A DNA stretch of 55,488 bases from Octopus sinensis (lineage: Eukaryota). Made by a program: the position numbers and the translations under genes. The notes under the pieces were generated by a model that saw only the letters and a program-made list of their open reading frames with translations, searched no databases and had not been told where the DNA came from. Shown here piece by piece: positions 1-11,770 of the stretch; position 1 is the stretch's first letter; every line of letters begins with the position of its first letter. The stretch is from assembly GCF_006345805.1 (NCBI RefSeq), contig NW_021833709.1:1-55488 (forward strand), written 5' to 3'.

Positions 1-515
1 ATTTTATAATTTAGGTCTATTAACCCCCTTTATTACAAAAATGATAGACACAAATTGAAGAACTCAAAAGAGTTGTCTCCTCTTATTACACAACACAGGA
101 ACTGAAGAACTACAATTACTACTACTTCTGTTTTTGGCAACACCCTAATTAAACTAAACAACACATGGTTTTAATCCCATTGGATCCTATACTTCAAGGT
201 AATTTTTTCGTGAACAATCATTAAACTCAAGATACACACAAGATTCACAATGTATCGAGTACTTATTTTTTATTTTTGTGTACATATTTATTATTATTCT
301 TTTGCAAAAAACAATGCAATTTTCTTTTTTCCCCTTTCTCACTTTAAAAAAAAATGTTTACCTTACCATTCTTGAAAAGTCACATTATGACGAAAACCGG
401 TTTGAATTAATATATATTTATATATTTTATCAATTTCTCATTTCATAAAAATTTTCTTTCAATTTAGCATTCTGCATTTTTACAATTTTTCCTTGCTATA
501 TATATATATATATAG

Positions 516-785
516 ACACAAGAGAAATTACCTATAACAGGCAATTTCTACAGGCTAGGAGACAGTCAAAACGACCGAAAACATCAAAATTTAAGCAATT
601 TGAAAGGGAATGAAAAAATAAAAACTTTTACCTTGTAAAAAAACAAGGTAAAAAAAGGGCCAAAAAATACAAGGCAAAACAACAAGGTAATCCCTTTGAA
701 ATTGCTTAAATTTTGTGGTTTTCGGTCGTTTTGACTGTCTCCTAGCGTGTAGAAATTGCCTGTTATAGGTAATTTCTCTTTGTGT
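516..785. repeat. Fold-back element with ~94-bp inverted arms (516-609 / 691-785)
   Basis: acacaagagaaattacctataacaggcaatttctac... is mirrored by ...gtagaaattgcctgttataggtaatttctctttgtgt with few mismatches; it abuts a (TA)n tract. Confidence 0.8.
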
Positions 786-964
786 TTAAATGTACACTAT
801 TTTATATTGAATAATATGTCGTCTATTGACTCTTTATACATGCTAGGCCACTGGTAGTGAAATTTGTAAAAATTTGCTACCCTATATATTTATATGTATA
901 ATAACAAAATAATAAATAAAACATATGCATATATATATACATATATGTACGTGCCTACATCTAT

Positions 965-1265
965 ATGTATATATACATGCATATATGGTTACAGGACACC
1001 AAAAAAACGCCGAATACGATGAGAAACGAAAACATAAAAACAAAACCAAGGAAACGGACATTTTTTTAAACAACGAAAAAACACAGTACAAGACATACAA
1101 CACAAGGAAAATTCCCCTTCTTCAGCCGCCTCTGTTTCGTCTACTCCGTGTTTCGAAGGTAAAGGTGAGACACGACTTCGCTGAAACAGTCCTTCTCGCA
1201 AAGCAAATTAAATAAAATTTGAGATTTTTTGCGGAGGGGGTAAAAGTGGTAACATGCCGCCCCTT
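965..1265 (-). mobile_element. Interspersed repeat, probable Penelope-type LTR fragment (copy 1; copy 2 at ~17945-18260)
   Basis: Clear similarity between ggacaccaaaaa...ttccccttcttcag...gtttcgaagg...gcaaagcaaatt at the two loci; both abut TA-rich microsatellite. The PLE assignment is inference. Confidence 0.5.
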
Positions 1266-1296
1266 CAAAATAAGGGTAGAGGAATATCGCAACAGC

Positions 1297-1332
<36 letters not shown>

Positions 1333-1392
1333 AATAATAATGATAACAACAACAACAACATCGAAGAGAACCCAGGTTCGAAATTCCCCCAG

Positions 1393-1438
1393 GACACCTG
1401 ATGAAGGCTGGAGAGTACGTTAGCCGAAACGTTGTGTT
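1393..1438 (+). ncRNA. Minimal type I hammerhead ribozyme motif (Penelope-like-element type)
   Basis: gacac-CTGATGA-a-ggctg(gagagtacgt)tagcc-GAAA-cgt-t-gtgtt: 5-bp stem I, 5-bp stem II, palindromic ACGU stem III, GUU cleavage triplet. Confidence 0.8.
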
Positions 1439-1727
1439 AACATAAAACAAGATGAGGACAAATATCCGTCAAATGTGAATAATGTAGAATAAGTACCAGG
1501 CCTTAAGAAATATAGCAAAAAGTATCCACGTTGTTCTCCGACCATTTCGACATCTGATGTGTGGCCCTTTTGTGCACCTTTTCAGACAACGTCGATTTGA
1601 TAGAAGGAGTGAGCTGATGCACAGTACATAATTTTGATCACTATAAGCGGATTTGTTTAAAACCGTCTATCTCTGGCTACGAGAGACTTAATACCAGTAC
1701 AGTTGGTGCTGCTATAGTATAGCTATT

Positions 1728-1952
1728 TCTTTATTACCCACAAGGGGCTAAACATAGAGGGGACAAACAAGGACAGACATAGGTATTAAGTCGATTACAT
1801 CGACCCCAGTGCGTAACTGGTACTTATTTAAATCGACCCCGAAAGGATGAAAGGCAAAGTCGACCCGGCGGAATTTGAACTCACAACGTAACGGCAGACG
1901 AAATACCGCAAAGCATTTCGCCCGGCGTGCTAACGCTTCTGCCAGCTCGCCG
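1728..1952 (-). mobile_element. tRNA-derived SINE family B, full length
   Basis: Minus strand reads ggcgagctggcagaagcgttagc (A-box region), gagttcaaattcc (B-box), cctttcatcctttcggggtcga core, gggtaataaagaaatag tail. Confidence 0.85.
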
Positions 1953-2103
1953 CCTATCTTGCTATTTGCGACCTACCAGCACAAAACCGTCAATCATCAA
2001 GTGAATTATGTGGACCTGATATCAGGGGCTCATATACAGGCTATTCAGCGATCGTCGCTTGATACCAAAATTGAAATACTCAAGAAAAAAAAAAGGCGTA
2101 CCT

Positions 2104-2303
2104 ACTTTACTCTTTTACTTGTTTCAGTAATTTGACTGTGGCCATGCTGGAGTACCGCCTTTAGTCGAGCAAATCGACCCCAGGACTTATTCTTTGTAAG
2201 CCTAGTACTTATTCTATCGGTCCCTTTTGCCGAACCGCTAAGTGACGGGGAGGTAAACACACCAGCATCGGTTGTCAAGCGATGCTGGAGGGACAAACAC
2301 AGA

Positions 2304-2347
<44 letters not shown>

Positions 2348-2521
2348 TACATATATACGACGGGCTTCTTTCAGTTTCCGTCTACCAAATCCACTCACAA
2401 GGCTTTGGTCGGCCCGAGGCTATAGTAGAAGACACCTGCGCATGGTGCCACGCAGTGGGACTGAACCCGGAACCATGTGGCTGGTATACAAGCTACTTAC
2501 CACACAGCCACTCATACGCCT
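2104..2521 (-). mobile_element. tRNA-derived SINE family A (CORE-like, internal microsatellite)
   Basis: Head gtggctgtgtggtaagtagcttg...ggttccgggttcagtccc, internal (TG)n, tail gcatggccacagtcaaattactgaaacaagtaaaagag; about 20 copies in the window. Confidence 0.85.
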
Positions 2522-2787
2522 ATTTTTTTTCACATTTGGTTCATCATTGTAGGAAAAATCTCAGGAAAACCATTGACTTGTTCACTTGTTTTTTTTTAAA
2601 TGATATGAGATCAGTTTACAAATATTAAAATCAATATTTGCCGATTTTTTAAATTTTGTATAAGGTGTTAATGATTTAAGGTGTTAATGATTTTTTAATA
2701 TATTTTACACTACAAACTGTTTAATATGTTCCTTTCCTTTTATAGAATAAATCTTTAATGATTTTTAACATATTTCATACTACCAAC

Positions 2788-3212
2788 GGATCTTTTCGGT
2801 TTGAACGGCAGTTTTTTCTAGCGGTGTGATATGAAATTGTCACCCATAATTATGACCCTAGTATCGATCTATTGCATTTCAATCTGTTTTAGGGTTAGGG
2901 TTAGGGGTGGGGTTAGGGGAAGGGTATCTTTTTTTCTTCACAAATGTAAATAAAACCAATCTGTTTCTTAAACGAGGGACATATTCATACGGAAAAAGAA
3001 TGTTTTTTTTTACTCAATAGACGTCATTGATTGGTTGAAATTACAGAAATTGAAGAAAAACAACAACAAATATCTTACAAACTATAGAATTTTCTCAATA
3101 AAGCCAAGGGAAAAAGATGTTTTATAAACACATTCTACCAGTATACGAAGTTTAAAATTTTTTAGTTACTTAGAAATTATGTTAAAAACTGCCGTTCAAA
3201 CCGAAAAGATCC
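2788..3212. mobile_element. MITE (Merlin-like) copy 1 with 8-bp TSD ctaccaac
   Basis: TIR ggatcttttcggtttgaacggcagttttt; TSD at 2780-2787 and 3213-3220; internal (TTAGGG)-like G tracts. Confidence 0.9.
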
Positions 3213-3304
3213 CTACCAACAGTTGGTAGATATCGTAGGAAATAGACACCATACTATAGTAGAAAATGGACGGTAGATATCCTTTCTACTAAAGGCACAA
3301 AGCC

Positions 3305-3450
3305 TGAAATTTGTGGGTAGGGGTCTAGTCGATTTACATAGACTTCACTGTTTCACTGGTACTTAATTTATCGACCCCGAAAGGATGAAAAGCAAAAATC
3401 GACCTCGGCGGAATTTGAACTCAGAACGTTGCTGCAGACGGAAAATGCAT
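3305..3450 (-). mobile_element. SINE family B fragment, variant tail
   Basis: atcgaccccgaaaggatgaaaagcaaaaatcgacctcggcggaatttgaactcagaacg core. Confidence 0.7.
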
Positions 3451-3509
3451 GGTAGATATCATAATATTGTAGCACCGTACAGTTTTTAGAAAAAAAAATG
3501 CCGTAATAT

Positions 3510-4521
3510 AATCACCACCACCAGCACCACTGTTACCACCACCGCCTCCGCCATCACCACCCTGTCCAACCAGAATTTTCATTACTATCACTACAGTGAG
3601 GTTCAAACCATTGCTGTTACAATCACCGCTACCACTATCACAGTCACCAACACCGCCATCAGCATCATCAAAGCTACCACCACCACCACCACCACCATCA
3701 CCACCATCACCACCACCACCACCACCACCACCACCACCACCATCACCACCACCACCACCACCACCCGCACCACCATCAACGCAATCACCACTAACACTAT
3801 CACCACCACCACCACCGACCACCACCACCACCACCCGCACCACCATCAACGCAACACCACTACACTATCACCACCACACCACCACCACCACCACCACCAC
3901 CACCCGCACCACCATCAACGCAATCACCACCACTATCGCACATCACACCACCACCACCACCACCACCACCACCACCACCACCACCCGCACCACCATCAAC
4001 GCAATCACCACTAACACTATCACCACCACCACCACCACCACCACCACCACCACCACCGCACCACCATCAACGCAATCACCACTAACACTATCACCACCGC
4101 CACCACTAGCACCACCACCATCATCAACACCACCACCACCACCACCACCACCACCCGCACCACCATCAACGCAATCACCACTAACACTATCACCACCGCC
4201 ACCACTAGCACCACCACCATCATCAACACCACCACCACCACTATGACGACGACCACCACCATCACAACCATCACCACAACCACCTTCACCATTAAGATCA
4301 CCATCACCGCCATCGTCACCATTTCAACCACTACCACTACCACCACCATCACCACTACCACCATGATCACCACCTACCACAGCAACCACAGCAAGAACAA
4401 CATAGTCTGTTACACAATTTAAATGATGTCACACAAATGATTTTCACCGTCGCGAGGGATACACCACCACCACTACAATGCCACCACCCTAACCCTCCAC
4501 TACCACAGCAAATACTCACAT

Positions 4522-4568
<47 letters not shown>

Positions 4569-4790
4569 ACACCACCACCACCACCACCACCGCCACTACT
4601 ATTACTAGAACAATACAACCGCCACCGCTGCCGCCGTTACCACTACTATACACACACCTAATGTTTCCTAATACACATCACATGACTATGGACTATCAAC
4701 GTTTGATGAAGCCATGGGGGGTGGTACGGAGGCTGCACCGCCACCACTACTACTACTACTACTACCACCACCACCACCAGCGCCGCCACC

Positions 4791-4844
<54 letters not shown>

Positions 4845-4860
4845 CTGTGGGAATGGCGAT
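3510..4860. repeat. (CAC/CTA)n low-complexity tract with a higher-order minisatellite unit
   Basis: Recurrent unit ccacccgcaccaccatcaacgcaatcaccactaacactatc in 3750-4240; poly-Pro/Thr ORFs switch frame. Confidence 0.85.
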
Positions 4861-4994
4861 GTGCGGTTGGATGTCTGGACACTTGGCAGAGAGGGGAGAT
4901 AGAATGGGAAAAAAAGAGAGGAGTGACTGAGAGGGTGGGGGGAAACTGAAGAGAAAGAGAGAGAGGAAAATTGAGTGAAATAGCGAAAGAAAGG

Positions 4995-5164
4995 GAGAGG
5001 CTGAGAAGGAATTTGGTGTGTGTGGTGTGTTTGTGTGTGTGTGTGTTTTGTGTGTGTTGTGTGTTGTGTTTGTGTGTGTGTGTGTGTGTTTTGTTTTGTG
5101 TGTGTGTGTTTGTTGTGGTGTGTTGTGTGTTTGTGTGTGTGTGTGTGTGTGTGTTTGTGTGTGT

Positions 5165-5196
<32 letters not shown>

Positions 5197-5560
5197 GTTG
5201 TGTGTGTGTGTGTGTTTTGTGTGTGTGTTGTGTGGTGTGTGTGTTTGTTGTGTTTGTGTGTTTGTTTGTGTGTTGTGTGTTGTGTGTTTTGTGTGTGTGG
5301 GTGTTGTGTGTGTTTTGTGTGTGTGTTGTGGTGTGTTTGTGTGTGTGTGTGTGTGTTTTTGTGTTTGTGTGTGTGGTGTTTGTGTGTGTGTGTGTGTGTT
5401 TGTGTGTGTGTTTGTGTGTTTGTGTGTGTTTGTGTGTGTTTTGTGTGTGGTGTGTGTGTGTGTTTTGTGTGTGTTGTGTGTGTTGTTGTGTGTGTGTGTG
5501 TGTTTGTGTGTGTGTGGTGTGTGTGTGTGGTGTGTGTTTGTGTGTGTGTGTTTGTGTGTT

Positions 5561-5653
<93 letters not shown>

Positions 5654-5656
5654 GTG
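4995..5656. repeat. Degenerate (TG)n microsatellite, ~660 bp
   Basis: Direct inspection. Confidence 0.95.
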
Positions 5657-5815
5657 CTTTCATATAACAAATGCGTATCTTTTGTTTTTGTATTTCCTTA
5701 TTGCTTTCATTCATTAGGCTACGGCCATATCGCATTCTTTTCAAGGGCTAGTCGGTGACCATATCGATCTCAGAAACCATTTCAGTCTTGCACCTCTTTT
5801 ATTGAACTTCATTGT

Positions 5816-6410
5816 GAAGGCACCTGGCTCAGTGGTTAGAGTGTCGGAAACCACTATCACGAGGTTGTGAGCTCGAATCCCGGACCGGGCTGCGTGTTGT
5901 GTTCTTGAGCAAGACACTTTATTTCACGTTGCTCCAGTTCACTCAGCTGTAGAAATGAGTTGCGACGTCACAGGTTCCAAGCTGTATCTGCTGTTGCCTT
6001 TCCCTTGGATAACATCGGTTGGCATGGAGAGGAGAGGCTGGTATGCATGGCAGTATTTCGTCTGCCGTTACGTTCTGAGTTCAAATTCCGCCGAGGTCGA
6101 CTTTGCTTTTCATCCTTTCGGGGTCGATTAATTAAGTACCAGTTACGCACTGGGGTCGATATAATCGACTTAATCCGTTTGTCTGTCCTTGTTTGTCCTC
6201 TCTGTGTTTAGCCCCTTGTGGGTAGTAAAGAAATAGTTATGCATGGGTGACTGCTGGTCGTCCATAAACAACTTTACCTGAACTTGTGCCTCGGAAGGTA
6301 ACTTTCTTGGTGCAATCTCATAGTTATTCGTGACTGAGGGTGGGGTGGGGGGATCATTTTTACCCAATCGCATGTCAATATTACCTCTTAATTTGTGCGT
6401 GGGGATACAG
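5816..6410 (+). mobile_element. SINE family C, interrupted by a 5'-truncated family B SINE (6051-6237, TSD tatgcatgg)
   Basis: tRNA-like head tggctcagtggttagagtgtcgg...gagctcgaatccc, then gttcttgagcaagacactttatttcacg; 9-bp TSD at 6042-6050 and 6238-6246. Confidence 0.8.
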
Positions 6411-6673
6411 GTGTACATACATATAGCAAGAAGGGTAGTAACGGCTTCAAAGTTTCGGCCAGCAGTCGAGGTTTCGTCAGATAGCCTGACGAAGGCCAGT
6501 TGACCGAAACATTGTCTTCCCAGCTCTTTTAATTGTTTAATTGACGTGTATTGTACAAAAACGTATTGCGTAATTCTTCAGAGGCTCCGATGAAGTTATC
6601 AGGAGTTACCCAAGCACTCAATTATGATTTCACTGCATCTTATAGCAGAAACAGTTTTAAGCTAATGAAGTTC

Positions 6674-7050
6674 ATTACTCTTTTACTCTTTTACTTGTTT
6701 CAGTCATTTGACTGCGGCCATGCTAGAGCACCGCCTTTAGTCGAGCAAATCGACCCCGGGACTTATTCTTTGTAAGCCCAGTACTTATTCTATCGGTCTC
6801 TTTTGCCGAATCGCTAAGTGACGGGGACGTAAACACATCAGCATCGGTTGTCAAGCAATGCTAGGGGGACAAACACAGACACACAAACATATACACACAC
6901 ACTTATATATATATATATATGACAGGCTTCTTTCAGTTTCCGTCTACCAAATCCACTCACAAGACACTTGCCCAAGATACCACGCAGTGGGACTGAACCC
7001 GGAACCATGTGGCTGGTTAGCAAGCTACTTACCACACAGCCACTCCTGCG
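6674..7050 (-). mobile_element. SINE family A
   Basis: Full head-core-tail match to the other copies. Confidence 0.85.
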
Positions 7051-7084
7051 CTGATAATTCTTATCACCTCATTTTCTTGTTATG

Positions 7085-7240
7085 TGTGTTTACGTTCCTG
7101 TAACTTAGCGGTTCGGCAAAAGTGACCGATAGAATAAGTACTAGGCTTCTTACAAATAATAAATCATGGTGTCGATTTGTTCGACTAAAGGCGGTGCTAC
7201 AGCATGGCCGCAGTCAAATGACTGAAACGGGTTAAAGAAT
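7085..7240 (+). mobile_element. SINE family A, 3' half
   Basis: gtaacttagcggttcggcaaaag...gcatggccgcagtcaaatgactgaaac. Confidence 0.8.
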
Positions 7241-7614
7241 GAAAGAATAAGAATCTGTACGAACTATTTATTAAAACAGATGTGCGCTAATAAAGTTTTG
7301 AAAATGTTTTTTCGTTTTACGTCGTTGCTCCAGCTAAACCGCTTGTGTCTTGCGATCAGTAACAAACCTAAGTTGTGAAAAGCCTGCGTGCGTGCATGCG
7401 TGTATGAGTGTGAGCGTGTGCATGCGCGCGTGTGTGTCTATGTTTGTGTGTGTATGTTCCGGAACCCAGCGGCTTCCTGGTGGCGTTGGATTGCGTCTGC
7501 GGGTATCCTGCGGGCATCCTGCGACGGGAAGGTGTAACACGTATGTGTGTGTTTGTGTGTTTTAAAAATTCAACAAAAGCAACAAGCGGAAAATTTAGCA
7601 AAAAATATATATTT

Positions 7615-7826
7615 CATTACTACCCACAAGGGGCTAAACACAGATGGGACAATCAAGGATAGACAAACGGATTAAGTCGCTTACATCGACCCCAGTGCGT
7701 AACTGGTACTTAATTTCGAGTACGCTGCTAGTGAAAGAACCAATAAAAAGAACTCAGAACGTAACGGCAGACGAAATACGGCTACGCATTTCGCCCGGCG
7801 TGCTAACCTTTCTGCCAGCTCGCCGC
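7615..7826 (-). mobile_element. SINE family B with its core replaced by a 32-bp templated insert
   Basis: Flanks match family B; 7719-7750 is the reverse complement of 8096-8127. Confidence 0.8.
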
Positions 7827-8538
7827 TTTTTAGCAAAAAAATATAGCAAACAGTAAATTCGTAGCTACTTCCTCATCAGTCAATTTCTTTATTAACCACG
7901 AGGTTGAGAAAAAGAGGGGACGATACGAGGACAGACAAAACAAACATTGGGGTCAGGGTATCGAATGAGACGAAACGTATGAATAAACAATTAAAACATA
8001 TACAATTAAATGAGAATGAGTGATTAACAAAAAATGAAGAGGGGGACGCGGTCGACCCCACAAACCACATACTCACACTGAAGACGCTGCTTTGTCTTTT
8101 TATTGGTTCTTTCACTAGCAGCGTACTTGCTACAGACTTCCATTTTTTTACGAAACACGCTTTGCGACAGGCATTTTTTCTTCAGCCTTATTTCCCGCCT
8201 TACAATTTCGCTCCTGTAACGTTGATATTGTTCACTCTTGATGGCGCCAGTGAGGAAAAGTCATCGGGAATAGCTACGAATGTAAAGGAAAATGATGAAA
8301 AGAAGGCAACAAATTAAATTTACCAAAAAAGCTGTTCGACCACAAGACAGCCGTATATGCGTTAACGCCAGTGAAAAATGAAAATGTCCTTTACGACTGG
8401 AGACGAGAGAAGGAGAGACATAAAGTCAGAACGAAGGAAAAAGTAAAGCAGTAGGGGTGGGGAATATATGACCGCGTGTGTACCGTTGGCGATTTTTCTT
8501 CCTCCGTCTTCCCTTCTCTGGATCTTTCCTTTTCCTAT

Positions 8539-8573
8539 GTTTCTGACGAAGAGCTCCGCTCGAAACGTTAAAC
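8539..8573 (+). ncRNA. Minimal type I hammerhead ribozyme motif in a ~200-bp PLE-LTR-like unit (8470-8672)
   Basis: gttt-CTGACGA-a-gagc(tcc)gctc-GAAA-cgt-t-aaac; identical motif at 42127-42161. Confidence 0.82.
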
Positions 8574-8827
8574 CCTCCTTCTTTTCTTCTTTCCTGAGCG
8601 TCCAATAATACTATATTTGTTCCACGTCCTCGCGTTGTTGTGTTTTCTCTTTGTGTTTTCATGTTTGGATTACTATATATATATATATATATATATAGGG
8701 TACAAGTAATTAAGATTCAAGTGAGTTCTGTTGAATTCACATGAATATGGTACTTAACTTGGATGCACCAGAAATCTATATGGTGTTAACCATACGATAA
8801 ATGGGGTGATTATAAATAGGAAAAAAG

Positions 8828-9092
8828 CAAGAATGGATCAATTTTTCGGTACAATTGTTTCGTACGAAGACATCTTTAATAAGGCTACAAAAATTGCAGT
8901 AAATATAGGTGACTAAATATAGAACTTTCCATGATGTCTCACGAGTGTAACATCACCCCCTTTGATGTTTGGGGATCTCAGATGTCCTGTCGGCTGATGA
9001 GTACGGGTCACCTATATTTACTGCAATTTTTGTAGCCTTATTAAAGATGTCTTCGTACGAAACAATTGTACCGAAAAATTGATCCATTCTTG
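8828..9092. repeat. Perfect 86-bp inverted repeat (8828-8913 / 9007-9092), 93-bp spacer
   Basis: Base-by-base reverse-complement match. Confidence 0.92.
8990..9074 (+). ncRNA. Type I hammerhead ribozyme motif with extended stem II
   Basis: tcgg-CTGATGA-gtacggg...ttcgtac-GAAA-caattgt-a-ccga; palindromic ACAAUUGU stem III, GUA triplet at 9068-9070. Confidence 0.82.
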
Positions 9093-9470
9093 TTGCTTGT
9101 TTCCTATATATATATATATATATATATATATACTTATATTTCGGTGCGGTCTTACAGGGCATTTTCATTTTTCACTGGCGTTAACACATATACGTCTGTC
9201 TTGTGGCAGTACAGCTTTTTTTGGTATATTTTATTTTGTTGTATTGTTCTCACCATTCTCCTTTACATTCGTAGCTATTCTCAATGACTTTTCATCACTG
9301 GCGCCCTCAAGAGTGAACAATACCAACGCTACAGGAGCGAAATTGTGAGGATTTTTTGGACGTTGACTATACATACATATATATATATATATGTATTGAT
9401 AAAAATGGTAAGACAACAAATGAATGAAAGAGACATCGATATTATGTAAACAGAGGAATTTATCTGGTCA

Positions 9471-9531
9471 GATAACTGAAGAGATGGCGGCGTGGATTTC
9501 CACCTCGGCATCCGAAACTCGGAGTTTTATC
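9471..9531 (+). ncRNA. Type I hammerhead ribozyme motif (family with ACUC-N-GAGU stem III)
   Basis: gataa-CTGAAGA-gatg...catc-c-GAAA-ctcggagt-t-ttatc; 5-bp stem I. Confidence 0.72.
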
Positions 9532-9639
9532 ATGGCTACCGAATGATTGTCACATATTACATTTACAGATATATGTATGTATGTATGTATTATGTATGTA
9601 TGTATGTATGTATGTATGTATGTATGTATGTATTATATG

Positions 9640-9695
<56 letters not shown>

Positions 9696-9830
9696 CGTTT
9701 ATATATTTTTTGTGCAAGATTTTTTTATTAAGATTAATGTAAAAATAAATAACACTGACGCAAAGTAACCACCAAATATATAGTGCGTGTGTTTTTATTG
9801 GCTAAACTGGCAAAATGACCATTCCGAAAT

Positions 9831-9889
<59 letters not shown>

Positions 9890-9896
9890 ACAAACA

Positions 9897-10305
9897 TAGG
9901 CGCTGGTGTGATTGAATGGTGAGAAATTTGCATCCCAACCACATGGTTTCGGCTTCAGTTCCACTGCGTGTCACCTTGGGTAAGTAAGCGTCTTCCACTT
10001 TAATTTCAAGCCGACCAAAGACTTGTGAGTGGATTTGGTAGACGGAAAGTGAAAGAATCCCGTCATATGTGTGTGTGTGTATGCTTGTGTCTGTGCTTGT
10101 CCTGTGCCACGGCTTGACAACTGCTGTTGGTGTGTTTACGTCCCCGTAACTTAGCGGTTTGCAAAAGGAGCCGATAGAATGCGTACCAGGCTTAAAAAAG
10201 AATAAAACAAAACAAACAAACAATAAGTACTGGGGTCTATTGGTTTGACTAAAATGTTTCAAGGCAGTACTGCATCATAGCCTCAGTCTAAAAGCTGAAA
10301 CAGAA
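9897..10305 (+). mobile_element. SINE family A, diverged
   Basis: ccaaccacatggtttcggcttcagttccactgcgtgtcaccttggg...gtgagtggatttggtagacggaaa. Confidence 0.75.
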
Positions 10306-10321
10306 AATATATATATAAAAG

Positions 10322-10630
10322 AAGGCCCGTGGGTTAGGGTATTCGGCTTACGTTCGTAAGGTCGTGAGTTCAATTCCTGGCGACGCGTTGCATCCTTAAG
10401 CAAGAAACTTTATTTCACGTTGTTGCACTCCACTCAGCTGGCAAAGATGAATTGTATCTGTAATTCAAAGAGCCGACCTTGTTAGATTCCGTGCCACGCT
10501 GAATCTTCCTGAGAACTATGTTAAGGATACACGTGTCTATGGGGCCACATGCAAGTTGATTTCACCATCAGACAGTTTTGTTGATCGGGTCAACTGGAAC
10601 CCTCGTCGTTGTAACTGACGGAGTACCATT
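10322..10630 (+). mobile_element. SINE family C
   Basis: ggttagggtattcggct...gagttcaattcc head; ccttaagcaagaaactttatttcacgttg body. Confidence 0.7.
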
Positions 10631-10953
10631 TTATATACATAATCAGATTCCCGAGAATTGTTGATCCTTGAGATTATGTCCGTGTCTCTTTCAAATTTGG
10701 TTGCTGATGCTATCAGGTCAAGTGTCTGTTTGCCTTCCCCTCAAAGCTCTAAAAATGCAAGCAATACTCACACTAACAAAACTCCATGTCCTGAAGATGA
10801 GGCTGAGACAGCCTGGGAGTAATATTACATAAATGAATTTGGGGAATTTATTTTACCAAGTGAACTGCAAGGTTCTGACACGAAAATAACCCCTAGTAAG
10901 ATAAGAAAGATAAAACTGGAACATAGTTGGCTTTTCAATACATCATGTATAAA

Positions 10954-11144
10954 AGGCGGTAAGCAAGCAGAATAGTGGTATTTCATCTGTCTTTACGTTC
11001 TGAGTTCAAATCCCACCGAGGTCGACTTTGCCTTTCATCCTTTCGGGGTCGATAAATTAAGTACCAATTGCGTACTAGTAGTCGATCTAATCGACTGACC
11101 CCTCTCCGCCAAAATTTCGGGCTTTGTGCCTAGAGCAGAAAAGT
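10954..11144 (+). mobile_element. SINE family B variant with 16-bp TSD atacatcatgtataaa
   Basis: TSD at 10938-10953 and 11145-11160. Confidence 0.85.
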
Positions 11145-11275
11145 ATACATCATGTATAAATGAAAAACTGTTCCCCATGCAAACAAATGTGTGTGCGTAT
11201 GTGATTGTGTGTATGTGTATGTAAATACATACATACGTGTATATATATATATATACATACATACACATACATACA

Positions 11276-11306
<31 letters not shown>

Positions 11307-11733
11307 TGGCTGAGAAAATTATGGAACCATTCACGTGCTAAATAACAGAAGTCAGAGATCTGAATTACTAGCAACGCCTGCAATAATTACACCTCTCTAC
11401 TTCCTTCCTTCTTTCCTTCTTTCTTTCTTTCTTTCTTTCCTTCTTTCTTTCCTTTCTTTCTTCTTTCCGTCTTTCTTTCTTTCTTTTCTTTTTTCTTCTT
11501 TCTTTCCTTCTTTCTTTCTTTCTTTCACTCTCTTCCACTCTCCGAGCCACTGTCTCTTTCTCTCTCTTTCTCTTCTTCTTCCTTTCTCTGAATGCAAGTA
11601 TGGTGTGTGTTGCATGTGCGCGAGTGTGTGTGTATATATATGTTATATTATATTATACACACATACATACATATATATTATATATAGTATATATATATAT
11701 ATATGTATGTATATATATATATAATATATAATA

Positions 11734-11770
<37 letters not shown>

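Larger units (their letters stand above)
8198..9352. repeat. ~200-bp diverged inverted repeat pair (8198-8395 / 9150-9352) enclosing hammerhead units
   Basis: acaatttcgctcctgta...gttaacgccagtgaaaaatgaaaatg occurs in both orientations, roughly 85% identical by eye. Confidence 0.8.

Noticed and set aside
1100-1170. CUGAAGA and GAAA words on the minus strand of the 965/17945 repeat as a type II hammerhead
   Set aside because: Stem I cannot be formed in either copy, and the alternative upstream core is degenerate.
2890-2925. TTAGGG repeats as an interstitial telomere or fusion scar
   Set aside because: Only 2-4 units, always at the same internal position of the MITE.
3596-5758. Pro/Thr-rich, His/Thr-rich and Cys/Val-rich ORFs (up to 352 aa)
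   Set aside because: Stop-free translations of (CAC)n and (TG)n microsatellites.
7455-7545. GC-rich island with repeated atcctgcg considered as an HDV-like ribozyme
   Set aside because: I could not build P1/P2/P3 pairings.
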